A DNA stretch of 32,000 nt from Candidatus Hadarchaeota archaeon (lineage in GTDB: Archaea; Hadarchaeota; Hadarchaeia; Hadarchaeales; Hadarchaeaceae), in NCBI GenBank assembly GCA_964514965.1, contig CAZETV010000001.1, positions 963,063 through 995,062 of the forward strand, written 5' to 3'. How positions within the stretch are numbered: the stretch's first letter is position 1; every line of letters begins with the position of its first letter. The translations under genes were made by a program, and so were the position numbers. The notes under the pieces are model-generated. The model saw nothing but the letters and a program-made list of their open reading frames with translations, searched no databases and was not told the origin of the DNA. Shown here piece after piece: positions 8,034-17,339 of this stretch.

Positions 8034-9237
8034 AAATGAGGAACTGAAACGGGCAATAAAGGATTTAATCAAGCAACTGCATGCAGGAAAAAAACCAGAA
8101 GAGATGAAAGAGAATTTTAAAAACGTCCTAAAGAACATAGGCCCAACGGAAATAGCTCGCGTGGAGGAAGAGCTTATAAAAGAGGGCATGCCGCAAGAGG
8201 AAGTTCGAAGACTCTGCGATGTCCATCTAGCTGTCTTCAGGGAGTCGCTCGAAAAACAAAAAGTCGGGGTCAGCTCGGGGCATCCGATCCACACTTTGAT
8301 GGAAGAGCATAAAATTATCTTGCAGTTCTTAGAAAAACTGAGGAATGTTGTAGAGAAGGTCAAACAGGCGGGAGATTTTGGTTCCGTCGGCGAAGAGATG
8401 AAAGAGTTAAAGCATATTTCGGAGCATTTGATGGAGGCGGAAAAACACTACGTGAGAGAAGAAAACGTCCTCTTCCCGTATCTCGAAAAACATCGAATAA
8501 CTCAACCTCCGGCCATCATGTGGGCTGAGCACAACGAGTTGAGAGGGGAAAAGAAAAAGCTTCACGAACTCGTGGAGAAGCACAAGGTTCTAAGTTTTCA
8601 GGATTTCGTGAGGCAGCTTGGGGAAGTTACGCTATCCATTACAGAGCTCCTGTCAAGTCATATTTACAAAGAAAATAACATACTTTACCCTGCGGCCTTA
8701 AGGGCCATAACCGATGAGGAATGGAAAGAGATTAGGAAAGAATGTGACGAACTTGGGTATTGTTGCTTTACACCGGAATACGTTACAAGAGCCGCTACCG
8801 AAGAAGCGGGGAAGGGCGGGCCTGAAAAAGTGCTGGAAGGGTTTATAACATTTGATACCGGGAGCTTGTCGAAAGGGGAGATTGGAGCGATTTTAGATAC
8901 ACTCCCCGTCGACGTCACTTTTATCGATGGAGAAGATACCGTTCGATATTTCAGCAGATCTAAAGAAAGGATTTTTCCGCGGGCAAAAGCGGTTATAGGC
9001 CGTAAAGTCCAGCAGTGCCACCCGCAGAAGAGTCTACACCTCGTCAACCGAATTCTCAACGATTTCAAAAACGGCCACAAAGACGTTGCAGAGTTCTGGA
9101 TTCAAAAAGATGGGCGTACGATTTACATCAGATATTTTGCCGTCCGTGGCATAGACGGGAAATACCTCGGCTGTCTAGAAGTGACCCAAGACATCACAGA
9201 GATACAGAAAATCACAGGAGAAAAACGCTTACTCTAA
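8026..9237 (+). CDS. DUF438-hemerythrin-PAS domain protein
   Basis: N-terminal DUF438-like helices, hemerythrin-like His/Glu pattern (HPIHTLMEEHK...HLMEAEKHYVREENVLFPYLEKH...MWAEHNELR...SHIYKENNILYP), C-terminal PAS-like segment. Confidence 0.85.
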   Translation: MNENEELKRAIKDLIKQLHAGKKPEEMKENFKNVLKNIGPTEIARVEEELIKEGMPQEEVRRLCDVHLAVFRESLEKQKVGVSSGHPIHTLMEEHKIILQFLEKLRNVVEKVKQAGDFGSVGEEMKELKHISEHLMEAEKHYVREENVLFPYLEKHRITQPPAIMWAEHNELRGEKKKLHELVEKHKVLSFQDFVRQLGEVTLSITELLSSHIYKENNILYPAALRAITDEEWKEIRKECDELGYCCFTPEYVTRAATEEAGKGGPEKVLEGFITFDTGSLSKGEIGAILDTLPVDVTFIDGEDTVRYFSRSKERIFPRAKAVIGRKVQQCHPQKSLHLVNRILNDFKNGHKDVAEFWIQKDGRTIYIRYFAVRGIDGKYLGCLEVTQDITEIQKITGEKRLL

Positions 9238-9270
9238 ACAATATTTAAATGTAAAATGGGGTAGTTCGTC

Positions 9271-10479
9271 TCACAATTTTTTAAATTCGACATTCAAGAT
9301 TATTTCTTTTTTTTCCAATTCATCTAAAATTCTCTTCCGCACCGTTTGGGGTAGTGCCTCGGGTGGTAAAATTCCATGGAGTCTTTTTCCCTTATGAATT
9401 GACTTCAAGAATACGGTCGAGGAAATTGCAGTTGGATAAGAGACATAGTTTGCGCCATGAAGCTTCTTGTTTATCATTTTTTGTGAGAATATTGTGTAAG
9501 TTTTGACCGAGATTTCACTCTTCCCCAGCCGACCTTTGCAGTCAACAAAAATTCCTAAAAATGCATCTTCTAAAATTTCGTCGTCCAAACTTTTAACGAA
9601 TTCCTTGGTGGTCGGTGTGCCCCTGATGATTGAATATGCGAACCTTCTGGGAGAAATTCTGAATTTTCCAACTCTTATTTTTTCATCTTCAAAAATTCCA
9701 AGTTTGAACAATGCCATCAAGACTTCGATATCTCCTCCCCCTCCCTTGACGTCGACATTCCTGACTTTCACGAAATGTGGGATCGTGTAAGGTTCGTCGT
9801 GAGAAAGGAGATAGCAAGGCATGCTGCCGAACGGTTTTGGGTATTCGTATAGCTCCCTCTCGGTAAATGGTTCTTTGACTATGAATCGATAATTCCTGTA
9901 TATGAGCGGGCTTGAAGCAACGTCAAACAAACCCTCTCTCGACCAGGGGAGCACGAATTCCAGACCCCTCTGTTCCTCTAAAGTTCTTATTTTCACACTT
10001 TCCATGGTGTCGAACTCCCCGGTGGACTCCTTTACCATCAAATTCGTTAGGCCCGGGGAAACGCCGGCGTTTATCAGACCGAATAATTTTTCTTTTTCGA
10101 ATTTTTTGTTCAATAAAAGTTGTTCCGCGATTTTTCTCTGGTAATCGCCGTAACAAGCCAAATCTAGATAATTCACCCCAGCCTTCAGGCAAAATTCGAG
10201 AACTTTTAAATTCACCAAAAGGTCTCTGCCGTGAACTTCTATATAGCTCGGAAGGGCATTCACGACAAAATCGCATTTTTTCATGAAACCTTTAACAGCT
10301 TTGAAATTCAGAGCATCGGCCCCTTCGAACTCTATAGCTTTAAAATCTTTCAACAAAAAACTCCTCGCGATTTTTTTGTTCCTGTCTATGCAATAGATTT
10401 CATCCACAAATTTCTCTTTCAAAAGCAGTCTGATTATTGTGGAACCGATCGTGCCGCAGCCCAAAACCAGTATGTTCAT
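9271..10479 (-). CDS. Saccharopine dehydrogenase-like NAD(P)-binding protein
   Basis: MNILVLGCGTIGSTIIRLLLKE Rossmann start; INAGVSPGLTNLM typical for the family. Met21 (10479) preferred over 10539. Confidence 0.82.
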   Translation of the reverse strand: MNILVLGCGTIGSTIIRLLLKEKFVDEIYCIDRNKKIARSFLLKDFKAIEFEGADALNFKAVKGFMKKCDFVVNALPSYIEVHGRDLLVNLKVLEFCLKAGVNYLDLACYGDYQRKIAEQLLLNKKFEKEKLFGLINAGVSPGLTNLMVKESTGEFDTMESVKIRTLEEQRGLEFVLPWSREGLFDVASSPLIYRNYRFIVKEPFTERELYEYPKPFGSMPCYLLSHDEPYTIPHFVKVRNVDVKGGGGDIEVLMALFKLGIFEDEKIRVGKFRISPRRFAYSIIRGTPTTKEFVKSLDDEILEDAFLGIFVDCKGRLGKSEISVKTYTIFSQKMINKKLHGANYVSYPTAISSTVFLKSIHKGKRLHGILPPEALPQTVRKRILDELEKKEIILNVEFKKL

Positions 10480-10670
10480 CTCGATACACTTCCCTCTCGG
10501 CCCAGCAATAGTACTTTTTTCTCCATAGCCTAAAAGCAATCAGATTAGTTTTGTTACATGTCCCGTACTCCAATTTTGCCCTATTACCCTTGATGGAACT
10601 AATTTTTCGTGCAGAGTTCTATTTTTTGCCCCTTTATAAACAACCTCCACTTAAAGCCTAGACGGGAAAC

Positions 10671-10772
10671 TTGGAATCAGTAAAATCTGTCTTTGGGAAC
10701 GACATCATCCAGGACTCATTTATAATCTCGAACGGAGAAAAAATCAAGAAGGGCGTGCTATGGAATCGGTGA
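10671..10772 (+). pseudogene. Copy B remnant of the RNase-toxin-like gene with in-frame internal deletion
   Basis: LESVKSVFGNDIIQDSFIISNGEKIKKGVLWNR* aligns to both ends of the 7285-7596 protein, lacking ~70 codons (equivalent to about 7333-7542). Confidence 0.6.
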
Positions 10773-10993
10773 TAGACGCGCGGGGCATCGACATCTTTTG
10801 TGATAGAGATAACGATGCCCTTTACATCAGTTTTGGGAAGGTCCAAGAGGCAGACGATTCCGAGCTGATCGACAACGATGTGGTGGTCAGGTACAGGAAA
10901 GGCAGGATAATTGGCGTCACGGTGCTCGAGTTCTCCAAACGTCCCCCCGCCAAAATATGGGGGGGGCCAGCGAGAGTTTCAACCACCGCCTGA
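10760..10993 (+). CDS. DUF2283-family small protein, copy B
   Basis: IDIFCDRDNDALYISFGKVQEADDSELIDNDVVVRYRKGRIIGVTVLEFSKR. Confidence 0.75.
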   Translation: MESVIDARGIDIFCDRDNDALYISFGKVQEADDSELIDNDVVVRYRKGRIIGVTVLEFSKRPPAKIWGGPARVSTTA

Positions 10994-11011
10994 ACTTTAT
11001 CCGAAAGAATC
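10981..11011 (+). repeat. 31-bp repeat unit 1 (aaccaccgcctgaactttatccgaaagaatc)
   Basis: Identical to 14449-14479 except one base. Confidence 0.6.
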
Positions 11012-11102
11012 TCAGCCTAGGAGGCAGTGAATTTTTGAACTCCTCAAATTTTGTTACCTAAAACGCACATAAAATTTTAATTCAAAGTAAATATTGACAA
11101 AC

Positions 11103-11228
11103 ATGAAAAACTTTGAAATCGTAAAGATTCTGGGAGAGATTGCGGGCTTTTTAGAAATGGAGGATGTGAAATTTAAACCCAGAGTAATCAAGAAAATACC
11201 TTTCGGAGCTCATTTCCAATCCCACTAG
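11103..11228 (+). pseudogene. N-terminal remnant of a family X DNA polymerase-like gene
   Basis: Manual translation MKNFEIVKILGEIAGFLEMEDVKFKPRVIKKIPFGAHFQSH*; resembles the PolX N-terminus (..AKILYEIADLLELKG..FKxRAYRRAA..) then stops. Confidence 0.5.
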
Positions 11229-11264
11229 CTCTTATTTTTATTTTAGAATAGTTAAATATAAAAG

Positions 11265-12026
11265 ATGATGAAGATTCCTTTGAAAGAGATAGATGCGGTT
11301 ATTTTTGACATGGACGGGGTTGTGACGGATTCCGCCAGCACTCACGCTGCTGCTTGGAAAAGACTGTTCGATGAATACCTGCAAAAACGTGCCCGTTCGA
11401 GGGGGGAGCATTTTCGACCCTTTGACGCTAATGTTGACTATCACCGCTACGTCGACGGCAAGCCTCGGTACGACGGCGTTGAGAGTTTCCTCAAATCACG
11501 TGGGATTTCACTTCCCCGTGGTTATCCAAAAGATACACCTGATCAAGAAACTGTATGCGGACTCGGTAATAAGAAAAACAAGTATTTCCTCAATCTCTTG
11601 AAAAAACAAGGCGTGAAAGCCTATCAGTCCTCGGTCAAATTCATTCGGAAGCTTAAAACGAGAGGTGTTCGAACAGCCATCATATCTTCGAGCCGGAATT
11701 GTAGCGAAGTGCTGGAAGCGGCGGGTGTCCGTGGCCTTTTTGATGTAAAGGTCGACGGCGTGGACGCTGCAAAGCTTGGCCTAAAAGGTAAGCCAGATCC
11801 GGCTATTTTTCTTGAAGCCAACAGGCGACTTAACGTGGAGCCAGCACGAACCATGGTGATCGAGGATGCGCTAGCAGGAGTTGAGGCAGGGCATCGAGGC
11901 AAATTTGGGTTTGTTGTCGGAGTAGACCGATTAGGGCACTCTAAAGAGCTCAAAGAAAAGGGCGCAAACTTAGTGGTTCGGGACCTCGCCGAACTAGAAA
12001 TCCACGATGCCGAGAAGGAGGGTTGA
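11265..12026 (+). CDS. Beta-phosphoglucomutase-like HAD phosphatase/mutase
   Basis: DMDGVVTDSASTHAAAWKRLFDEY, later KPDPAIFLEANRRLNVEPARTMVIEDALAGVEA; followed by overlapping GH65 gene. Confidence 0.85.
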   Translation: MMKIPLKEIDAVIFDMDGVVTDSASTHAAAWKRLFDEYLQKRARSRGEHFRPFDANVDYHRYVDGKPRYDGVESFLKSRGISLPRGYPKDTPDQETVCGLGNKKNKYFLNLLKKQGVKAYQSSVKFIRKLKTRGVRTAIISSSRNCSEVLEAAGVRGLFDVKVDGVDAAKLGLKGKPDPAIFLEANRRLNVEPARTMVIEDALAGVEAGHRGKFGFVVGVDRLGHSKELKEKGANLVVRDLAELEIHDAEKEG

Positions 12027-14422
12027 TTGAGTTGGGAATTTGGTCACTGGCATACGAGAGTTTCGACCCCTCCCAAGAGCGCCTGCGGGAGACCCTTTGT
12101 ACACTCGGCAATGGTTATTTTGCCACGCGTGGTGCTGCCCCAGAATCCATTGCAAGCGAGGTACACTATCCAGGCACATACGTGGCCGGATGCTTCAACC
12201 AGCTGAAATCAGAAATCTCCGGTCAAGTCATCGAAAATGAAAGTATGGTGAATGTACCCAATTGGCTTCCCTTAACTTTTCGATTAGAAGGTGGAAAATG
12301 GTTTGACCTAAAAGAGGTCGAGCTAATAGACTACCGTCAAGAGCTGGATTTGCGCAAAGGTGTGCTCACTAGGTTCATTCGCTTCAGCGACGAACAAGGA
12401 AGGCGAACTCGAGTTATTCAGCGCCGTTTTGTTCACATGGGAAACCCACATCTCGCTGGTCTAGAGACAACGATCGTGGCTGAAAACTGGTCAGGGCAAC
12501 TCCAAATTCGCTCTGCCCTTGATGGCCGGGTAGCCAACACCGGAGTCGAGCGTTATCGCCAGCTCAACAACAGACACCTCGAACCAGTTGAAACTGCAGC
12601 CAATGATGATGTTATCTATCTACAAGTAGAGACTAATCAGTCCCATATTCGAATCTCAGAGGTTGCAAGAACAAGGCTATTCATGGATGGAGAGTTGATC
12701 AAAGCCGAGCGGCATGTAATCGAAGAGCCGGGATATATTGGCCATGAATTTTCAGTCAACTTGGAAGAAGAGAAGAAAATAACAATTGAAAAGATAGTGG
12801 CTCTCTTCACCTCCAGGGATCAGGCAATATCCGAAAGCGGCCTCGAGGCTAAAAAGGAGATCAACCGCGCCGCCAGCTTCGATGAATTACTCGAGCGCCA
12901 TGCCTTAAGTTGGGATCATCTCTGGCGCCGATGCCACCTTTCGATTGAGGGTGATGAACGCCTAGCAATTATCCTCCACCTACACATTTTTCATCTGTTG
13001 CAGACTGTATCCTTAAACACAATTGACCTAGATGTTGGAGTTCCCGCGCGCGGACTGCACGGAGAGGCTTATCGCGGACACATCTTGTGGGACGAGTTAT
13101 TCATCTTCCCCTTCCTAAACCTTCGTATTCCAGACATCACACGTAGTCTGTTGATGTACCGATACCAACGTCTCCGGGAGGCACGCTCGGCAGCGAAAAG
13201 GGCTGGATACGACGGAGCGATGTATCCTTGGCAAAGCGGCAGCAACGGTCGCGAAGAAAGTCAAACACTTCACCTAAATCCACGCTCTGGGCGTTGGATA
13301 CAGGATAACTCACACCTACAGCGTCATGTCAACATTGCAATTGCCTACAACGTATGGAGTTACTATCAAGCTACTGGCGACACCGACTTCATGTCCTTCT
13401 ACGGAGCAGAAATCATCATTGAGATTGCGCGTTTCTTGGCGAGTATAGCCACATATAATCGGTCACTTGATCGTTATGAGATATGTGGAGTCATGGGGCC
13501 TGATGAGTATCATGACAAATACCCAGATACTGATAAACAAGGTATAGACAACAACGCATACACGAACCTCATGGTCGTCTGGACCCTGTGTCGAGCTCTG
13601 GAGGTGCTTGAGCTACTTCCCGACGATCGCCGCGAGTCGCTATGGGAAAACCTAGGCTTAACGCAAGAAGAGTTAGAACGGTGGGACGATATCAGTCGTA
13701 AGATGCGTCTCATTTTTCACAACGATGGTATCATCAGCCAGTTTGAGCATTACAATCAACTTAGAGAGTTCGATTGGGAAGGCTACAAGAAAAAGTATGA
13801 AAACATTCAAAGGCTGGACCGAATCCTCGAAGCCGAAGGAAGCAGTCCGAATCGTTACAAACTCTCGAAACAAGCTGATGTACTGATGCTTTTTTACCTG
13901 CTTTCTGCTGATGAATTGAGAGAGTTATTTGCTCATCTCTCCTACCCATTTGAATACGAAACCATTCCTAAGAATATAGAGTACTACCTCAAACGGACAT
14001 CGCATGGCTCTACTTTGAGCCGGGTGGTTCATTCATGGGTGTTGGCTCGATCCAAAAGAGAGCTATCTTGGAAACTGTTCAGAGAAGCTTTGGAAAGTGA
14101 TGTCTCAGATATTCAGGACGGCACCACATCAGAAGGGATTCATCTTGGAGCCGTGGCAGGCACAATTGATCTCATTCAACGATGTTATACCGGCATTGAA
14201 ACACGAAAAGACACATTATGGCTGAATCCCTCATTGCCAAGGGAGTTAAAGCGGTTGCAGTTCGATATATGCTATCGGCATCATTATCTCAACATCCAGA
14301 TTACACACAATCGACTTAAGATAAGCACCCGTAAGTACGACGTTGCACCAATTAAAATTGGTTTCAGGGGTGAAATCGTAGAGCTTAAACCAGGTGAAAC
14401 CAAGGAATTCACGCTTCGATGA
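12023..14422 (+). CDS. Glycoside hydrolase family 65 (maltose/trehalose/kojibiose phosphorylase type)
   Basis: 799 aa, TTG start overlapping the previous stop; GNGYFATRGAAPES, HGEAYRGHILWDELFIFP, GVMGPDEYHDKYPDTDKQGIDNNAYTNLM, RTSHGSTLSRVVHSWV. Confidence 0.92.
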   Translation: MIELGIWSLAYESFDPSQERLRETLCTLGNGYFATRGAAPESIASEVHYPGTYVAGCFNQLKSEISGQVIENESMVNVPNWLPLTFRLEGGKWFDLKEVELIDYRQELDLRKGVLTRFIRFSDEQGRRTRVIQRRFVHMGNPHLAGLETTIVAENWSGQLQIRSALDGRVANTGVERYRQLNNRHLEPVETAANDDVIYLQVETNQSHIRISEVARTRLFMDGELIKAERHVIEEPGYIGHEFSVNLEEEKKITIEKIVALFTSRDQAISESGLEAKKEINRAASFDELLERHALSWDHLWRRCHLSIEGDERLAIILHLHIFHLLQTVSLNTIDLDVGVPARGLHGEAYRGHILWDELFIFPFLNLRIPDITRSLLMYRYQRLREARSAAKRAGYDGAMYPWQSGSNGREESQTLHLNPRSGRWIQDNSHLQRHVNIAIAYNVWSYYQATGDTDFMSFYGAEIIIEIARFLASIATYNRSLDRYEICGVMGPDEYHDKYPDTDKQGIDNNAYTNLMVVWTLCRALEVLELLPDDRRESLWENLGLTQEELERWDDISRKMRLIFHNDGIISQFEHYNQLREFDWEGYKKKYENIQRLDRILEAEGSSPNRYKLSKQADVLMLFYLLSADELRELFAHLSYPFEYETIPKNIEYYLKRTSHGSTLSRVVHSWVLARSKRELSWKLFREALESDVSDIQDGTTSEGIHLGAVAGTIDLIQRCYTGIETRKDTLWLNPSLPRELKRLQFDICYRHHYLNIQITHNRLKISTRKYDVAPIKIGFRGEIVELKPGETKEFTLR

Positions 14423-14448
14423 GTAGTCTTTTTCATATCCAATCGGAT

Positions 14449-14479
14449 AACCACCGCCTGAAGTTTATCCGAAAGAATC
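14449..14479 (+). repeat. 31-bp repeat unit 2 (aaccaccgcctgaagtttatccgaaagaatc)
   Basis: One mismatch to 10981-11011. Confidence 0.6.
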
Positions 14480-14683
14480 CCCACGGCCTGTGTATCGAGC
14501 AATTACATGACGCAAATCGGCCGGCCTGTTTGAAGTCGCCAGAACGCGCAATCCAGATAGAGACCTCACCTTGCCACACCGTGGGCACCTCTTTGTTTGC
14601 TGGCCGGACTCAACGATTAAAAATTGGTGACATTTACATTGAACAAGCCCGTATCTCAAACGTGTCCGAATTCCCTTTTTCAA
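14465..14683 (-). CDS. DUF1922-like zinc-ribbon protein
   Basis: LVQCKCHQFLIVESGQQTKRCPRCGKVRSLSGLRVLATSNRPADLRHVIARY. Confidence 0.6.
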   Translation of the reverse strand: MKKGIRTRLRYGLVQCKCHQFLIVESGQQTKRCPRCGKVRSLSGLRVLATSNRPADLRHVIARYTGRGDSFG

Positions 14684-14824
14684 GGACGATGCCCTCAGTG
14701 CCTTTCTTGTCGCTGCTCCGATTTCTCCCTCTCCCTTCTCTTTCGCTCTCGGAATCCTTTTAGGATCTTTTTTCTTTTCATCCCTTTACCTCTCATTTTA
14801 GCCATTTTGCCACAATCCAGCCAT

Positions 14825-15037
14825 TCATGGCAGGTACGCGCCACCCGCGAATTTGGTACCACATCGGCGGCACTGCCATATCCCCGAACTGAGCCGCCTC
14901 GTATTGAAAACTCCACAGTTAGGACACTTTCGCGCGCGCCTTTTTTCGAGTTCGATCTTAACTTTTCGCTTACGAACCTTTACACCGTACCTTGGACCTA
15001 ATCCACTGCTAGAAACTTTTTTCCTCCTCCGACCCAT
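14825..15037 (-). CDS. rpl37ae: 50S ribosomal protein L37Ae
   Basis: MGRRRKKVSSSGLGPRYGVKVRKRKVKIELEKRRARKCPNCGVFNTRRLSSGIWQCRRCGTKFAGGAYLP. Confidence 0.92.
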   Translation of the reverse strand: MGRRRKKVSSSGLGPRYGVKVRKRKVKIELEKRRARKCPNCGVFNTRRLSSGIWQCRRCGTKFAGGAYLP

Positions 15038-15081
15038 AACGATTCTTCCAGCACCAATCCCACTAATTTACAACTTGCTTT

Positions 15082-15341
15082 TTACTCTACGACTTCCATC
15101 AATCCAACTTTCTCCATTTCTCCAACAATAAACTCGATTGCTCCCTTCACTGCACTTTCTTCTTGCTTTGTTTTTTGGCTAACCTCTTTTGCTAAATCTT
15201 CGGTTGTCACTTGTCCATCACACTTATCCCAAATCAAAATTGCAACCTTATCTGCCTTGAAAGATTGACCTTCATCGTTTACTAGTGAAAGCTCACCAGC
15301 TTTGTTTTTGCCAACTTGCCTTTTTTCTTAAATTTTTTCAT
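15082..15341 (-). pseudogene. PqqD-like small protein gene, apparently frameshifted near its start
   Basis: Open frame 15082-15327 gives RQVGKNKAGELSLVNDEGQSFKADKVAILIWDKCDGQVTTEDLAKEVSQKTKQEESAVKGAIEFIVGEMEKVGLMEVVE* with no start. An ATG with a good SD (GAGGGGGTGGAAAATG) at 15341 is in a different frame, next to A-runs. Confidence 0.55.
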
Positions 15342-15360
15342 TTTCCACCCCCTCATTTTT

Positions 15361-16995
15361 TTACATTACTCCAGCACCAGGTGCCATGGGCGCGCGAGGC
15401 GGCGTTCCCCCCGTGGCTTTCTTAGCTGAGATAACATCATCTATTCTAAGGACCATCTCAGCCACTTCAGCTGCTGACTTGATTACTTGCTCTTTAACCC
15501 TCAATGGCTCTATAACCCCAGCTTCTAGCATGTCCCTGAGCTCACCAGATGGGACATCCAATCCAATTTTCGCGCCATCTTTTTCGTGCCTTGCTCTGAG
15601 GGCGACAAGAATATCGATTTGATCGAGACCCGCTGTTTCAGCAAGTGTTTTCGGTATTATCTCCAATGCATCTGCGAACGTGTTTATTCCTAAAGCTTCT
15701 TTCCCGCCAACGCTGCTGGAATAGTTTCTGACTTCCTTCGCAACTTCTATTTCCGAACTCCCGCCGCCAGTGACCGCTTTTCCATCTTCAACAACCGCTG
15801 AAACTGCCGAAAGGGCATCATGCATCGCTCTTTCTGCTTCGTCTACTACGTGCTCGGTCCCGCCCCTCAAAATGATGCTAACAGCTTTTGGGTCCTCACA
15901 CCCTTCAACAAACAACATTTTTTCGTCTGCAATTTTTCGCTCTTCGACCAAACCGGCATTGCCCAGATCCTCCGCTGAAAGGTCCTCAACAGTTGTAACG
16001 ATCTTTGCTCCACTAGCCTTGGCCAGTTTTTCCATATCTGATTTTTTGACCCTCCGGGCGGCCAAAACACCGACTTTCGAGAGGTGATGCTGTACTAGGT
16101 CGTCTATACCCTTCTGACAAAATATGACATTTGCACCTGCTGCAACTATTTTATCAACCTTTTCGCGGAGCATTTTTTCTTCCTCATTGAGAAATGTCTT
16201 GAGCTGCGTTGGATCCGTTATCTGAATTTTTGCGTCGGTCTCCGTCTTCTTTGTTTCAAGCGCACACTCCAAGAGAGCAATTTTGACACCCTCGGCCCGC
16301 TTTGGCATTTCTGGGTAAACAATCTCTTTGTCGACGATCACGCCTTTCACGAACTCTGAATCTCCTAACCCCCCTCCTTCTTGTTTTTGAACCGTTATAT
16401 GATCAATATCGGCTGTTACCGTACCATTTGTCTTCTCTACGATGTGCTTGACCGCCTGTATGGCAAGTTCAGCCAACTTTTTTCTCCCATCTCCAGATAC
16501 CCTCCCCGCCATTGCGGTCAAGGCTACATCCTGCAAAGTCTTCTCGTCGTTAATTGCAACCTGAACCGAACTGTTTTTAAGAGCCTTTATCGCCTTTTCC
16601 GCTGCTAACCGATAGCCTGAGATAATTCTAGTGGCATGGATATTTTGGTCAAGCAATTCTTTGGCTTGTTTCATGAGTTCTCCAGCTATTACAACAGAAC
16701 TTGTTGTACCATCACCCACCTCGGTATCCACGGTCTTGGCAATTTCGACCATCATCTTTGCCGCTGGATGCTCAATCTCTACCTCACCCAGAATAGCCTC
16801 CCCATCATTCGTGATAGTCACGTCACCCATACTATCGACTAGCATTTTGTCAGTCCCCTTTGGACCGAGAGTTGATCTTACGGCTTCAGCAATCGCGCAA
16901 GCTGCCATGATGTTACCTTCTCGAGCATCTTTACCTCTAGTTCTTTGAACATCTTCCTTCATGACCGCAATAGGTATTCCTCTTGTTTGACCCAT
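15361..16995 (-). CDS. ths: Thermosome (group II chaperonin) subunit
   Basis: [69 protein letters not shown]. Start corrected from 17085 to 16995. Confidence 0.97.
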   Translation of the reverse strand: MGQTRGIPIAVMKEDVQRTRGKDAREGNIMAACAIAEAVRSTLGPKGTDKMLVDSMGDVTITNDGEAILGEVEIEHPAAKMMVEIAKTVDTEVGDGTTSSVVIAGELMKQAKELLDQNIHATRIISGYRLAAEKAIKALKNSSVQVAINDEKTLQDVALTAMAGRVSGDGRKKLAELAIQAVKHIVEKTNGTVTADIDHITVQKQEGGGLGDSEFVKGVIVDKEIVYPEMPKRAEGVKIALLECALETKKTETDAKIQITDPTQLKTFLNEEEKMLREKVDKIVAAGANVIFCQKGIDDLVQHHLSKVGVLAARRVKKSDMEKLAKASGAKIVTTVEDLSAEDLGNAGLVEERKIADEKMLFVEGCEDPKAVSIILRGGTEHVVDEAERAMHDALSAVSAVVEDGKAVTGGGSSEIEVAKEVRNYSSSVGGKEALGINTFADALEIIPKTLAETAGLDQIDILVALRARHEKDGAKIGLDVPSGELRDMLEAGVIEPLRVKEQVIKSAAEVAEMVLRIDDVISAKKATGGTPPRAPMAPGAGVM

Positions 16996-17047
16996 CAAGG
17001 TTTCATTCTCCTGAGAATTTTTCCTTTCTTTTTTGAAGAAGTGAACG

Positions 17048-17085
17048 ATGTTATTTAAAATTTTGTGAAAACATTTAAATAACAT
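17048..17085. promoter_or_regulatory. Perfect 12-bp inverted repeat ATGTTATTTAAA-N14-TTTAAATAACAT upstream of the thermosome gene
   Basis: Arms 17048-17059 and 17074-17085 read directly; includes TATA-like TTATTTAAA. Confidence 0.6.
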
Positions 17086-17339
17086 GACTTAAAATTGCGT
17101 TTCACCCTTTAGATTATAGTATAAATTTAAAAAAATAGAAATAATAATCATCTTTTGATAGGCAAAGGGCCTCTCTTAGCCTTGCATTTTTCACAAACTA
17201 GAGAATAAGTTTTATTTGTAGGATTCTCTATCCGCACCATTGATCTTTTGCCGCATTTTGGAAAGATATCTTCGTTCTCTCCGCAAAATTGGCACGCTCC
17301 CTGATTATTAACGATACAGTTTTCAAATAAACCTTTTAC

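Noticed and set aside
9503-10533. Several + strand ORFs (95, 80, 124, 100 aa)
   Set aside because: Antisense to the saccharopine-dehydrogenase-like gene, no independent motif.
14695-14916. 73-aa Lys/Arg-rich ORF on the minus strand between the DUF1922-like gene and L37Ae
   Set aside because: Overlaps the end of L37Ae in another frame, low-complexity charged tail, no recognisable domain; likely spurious.
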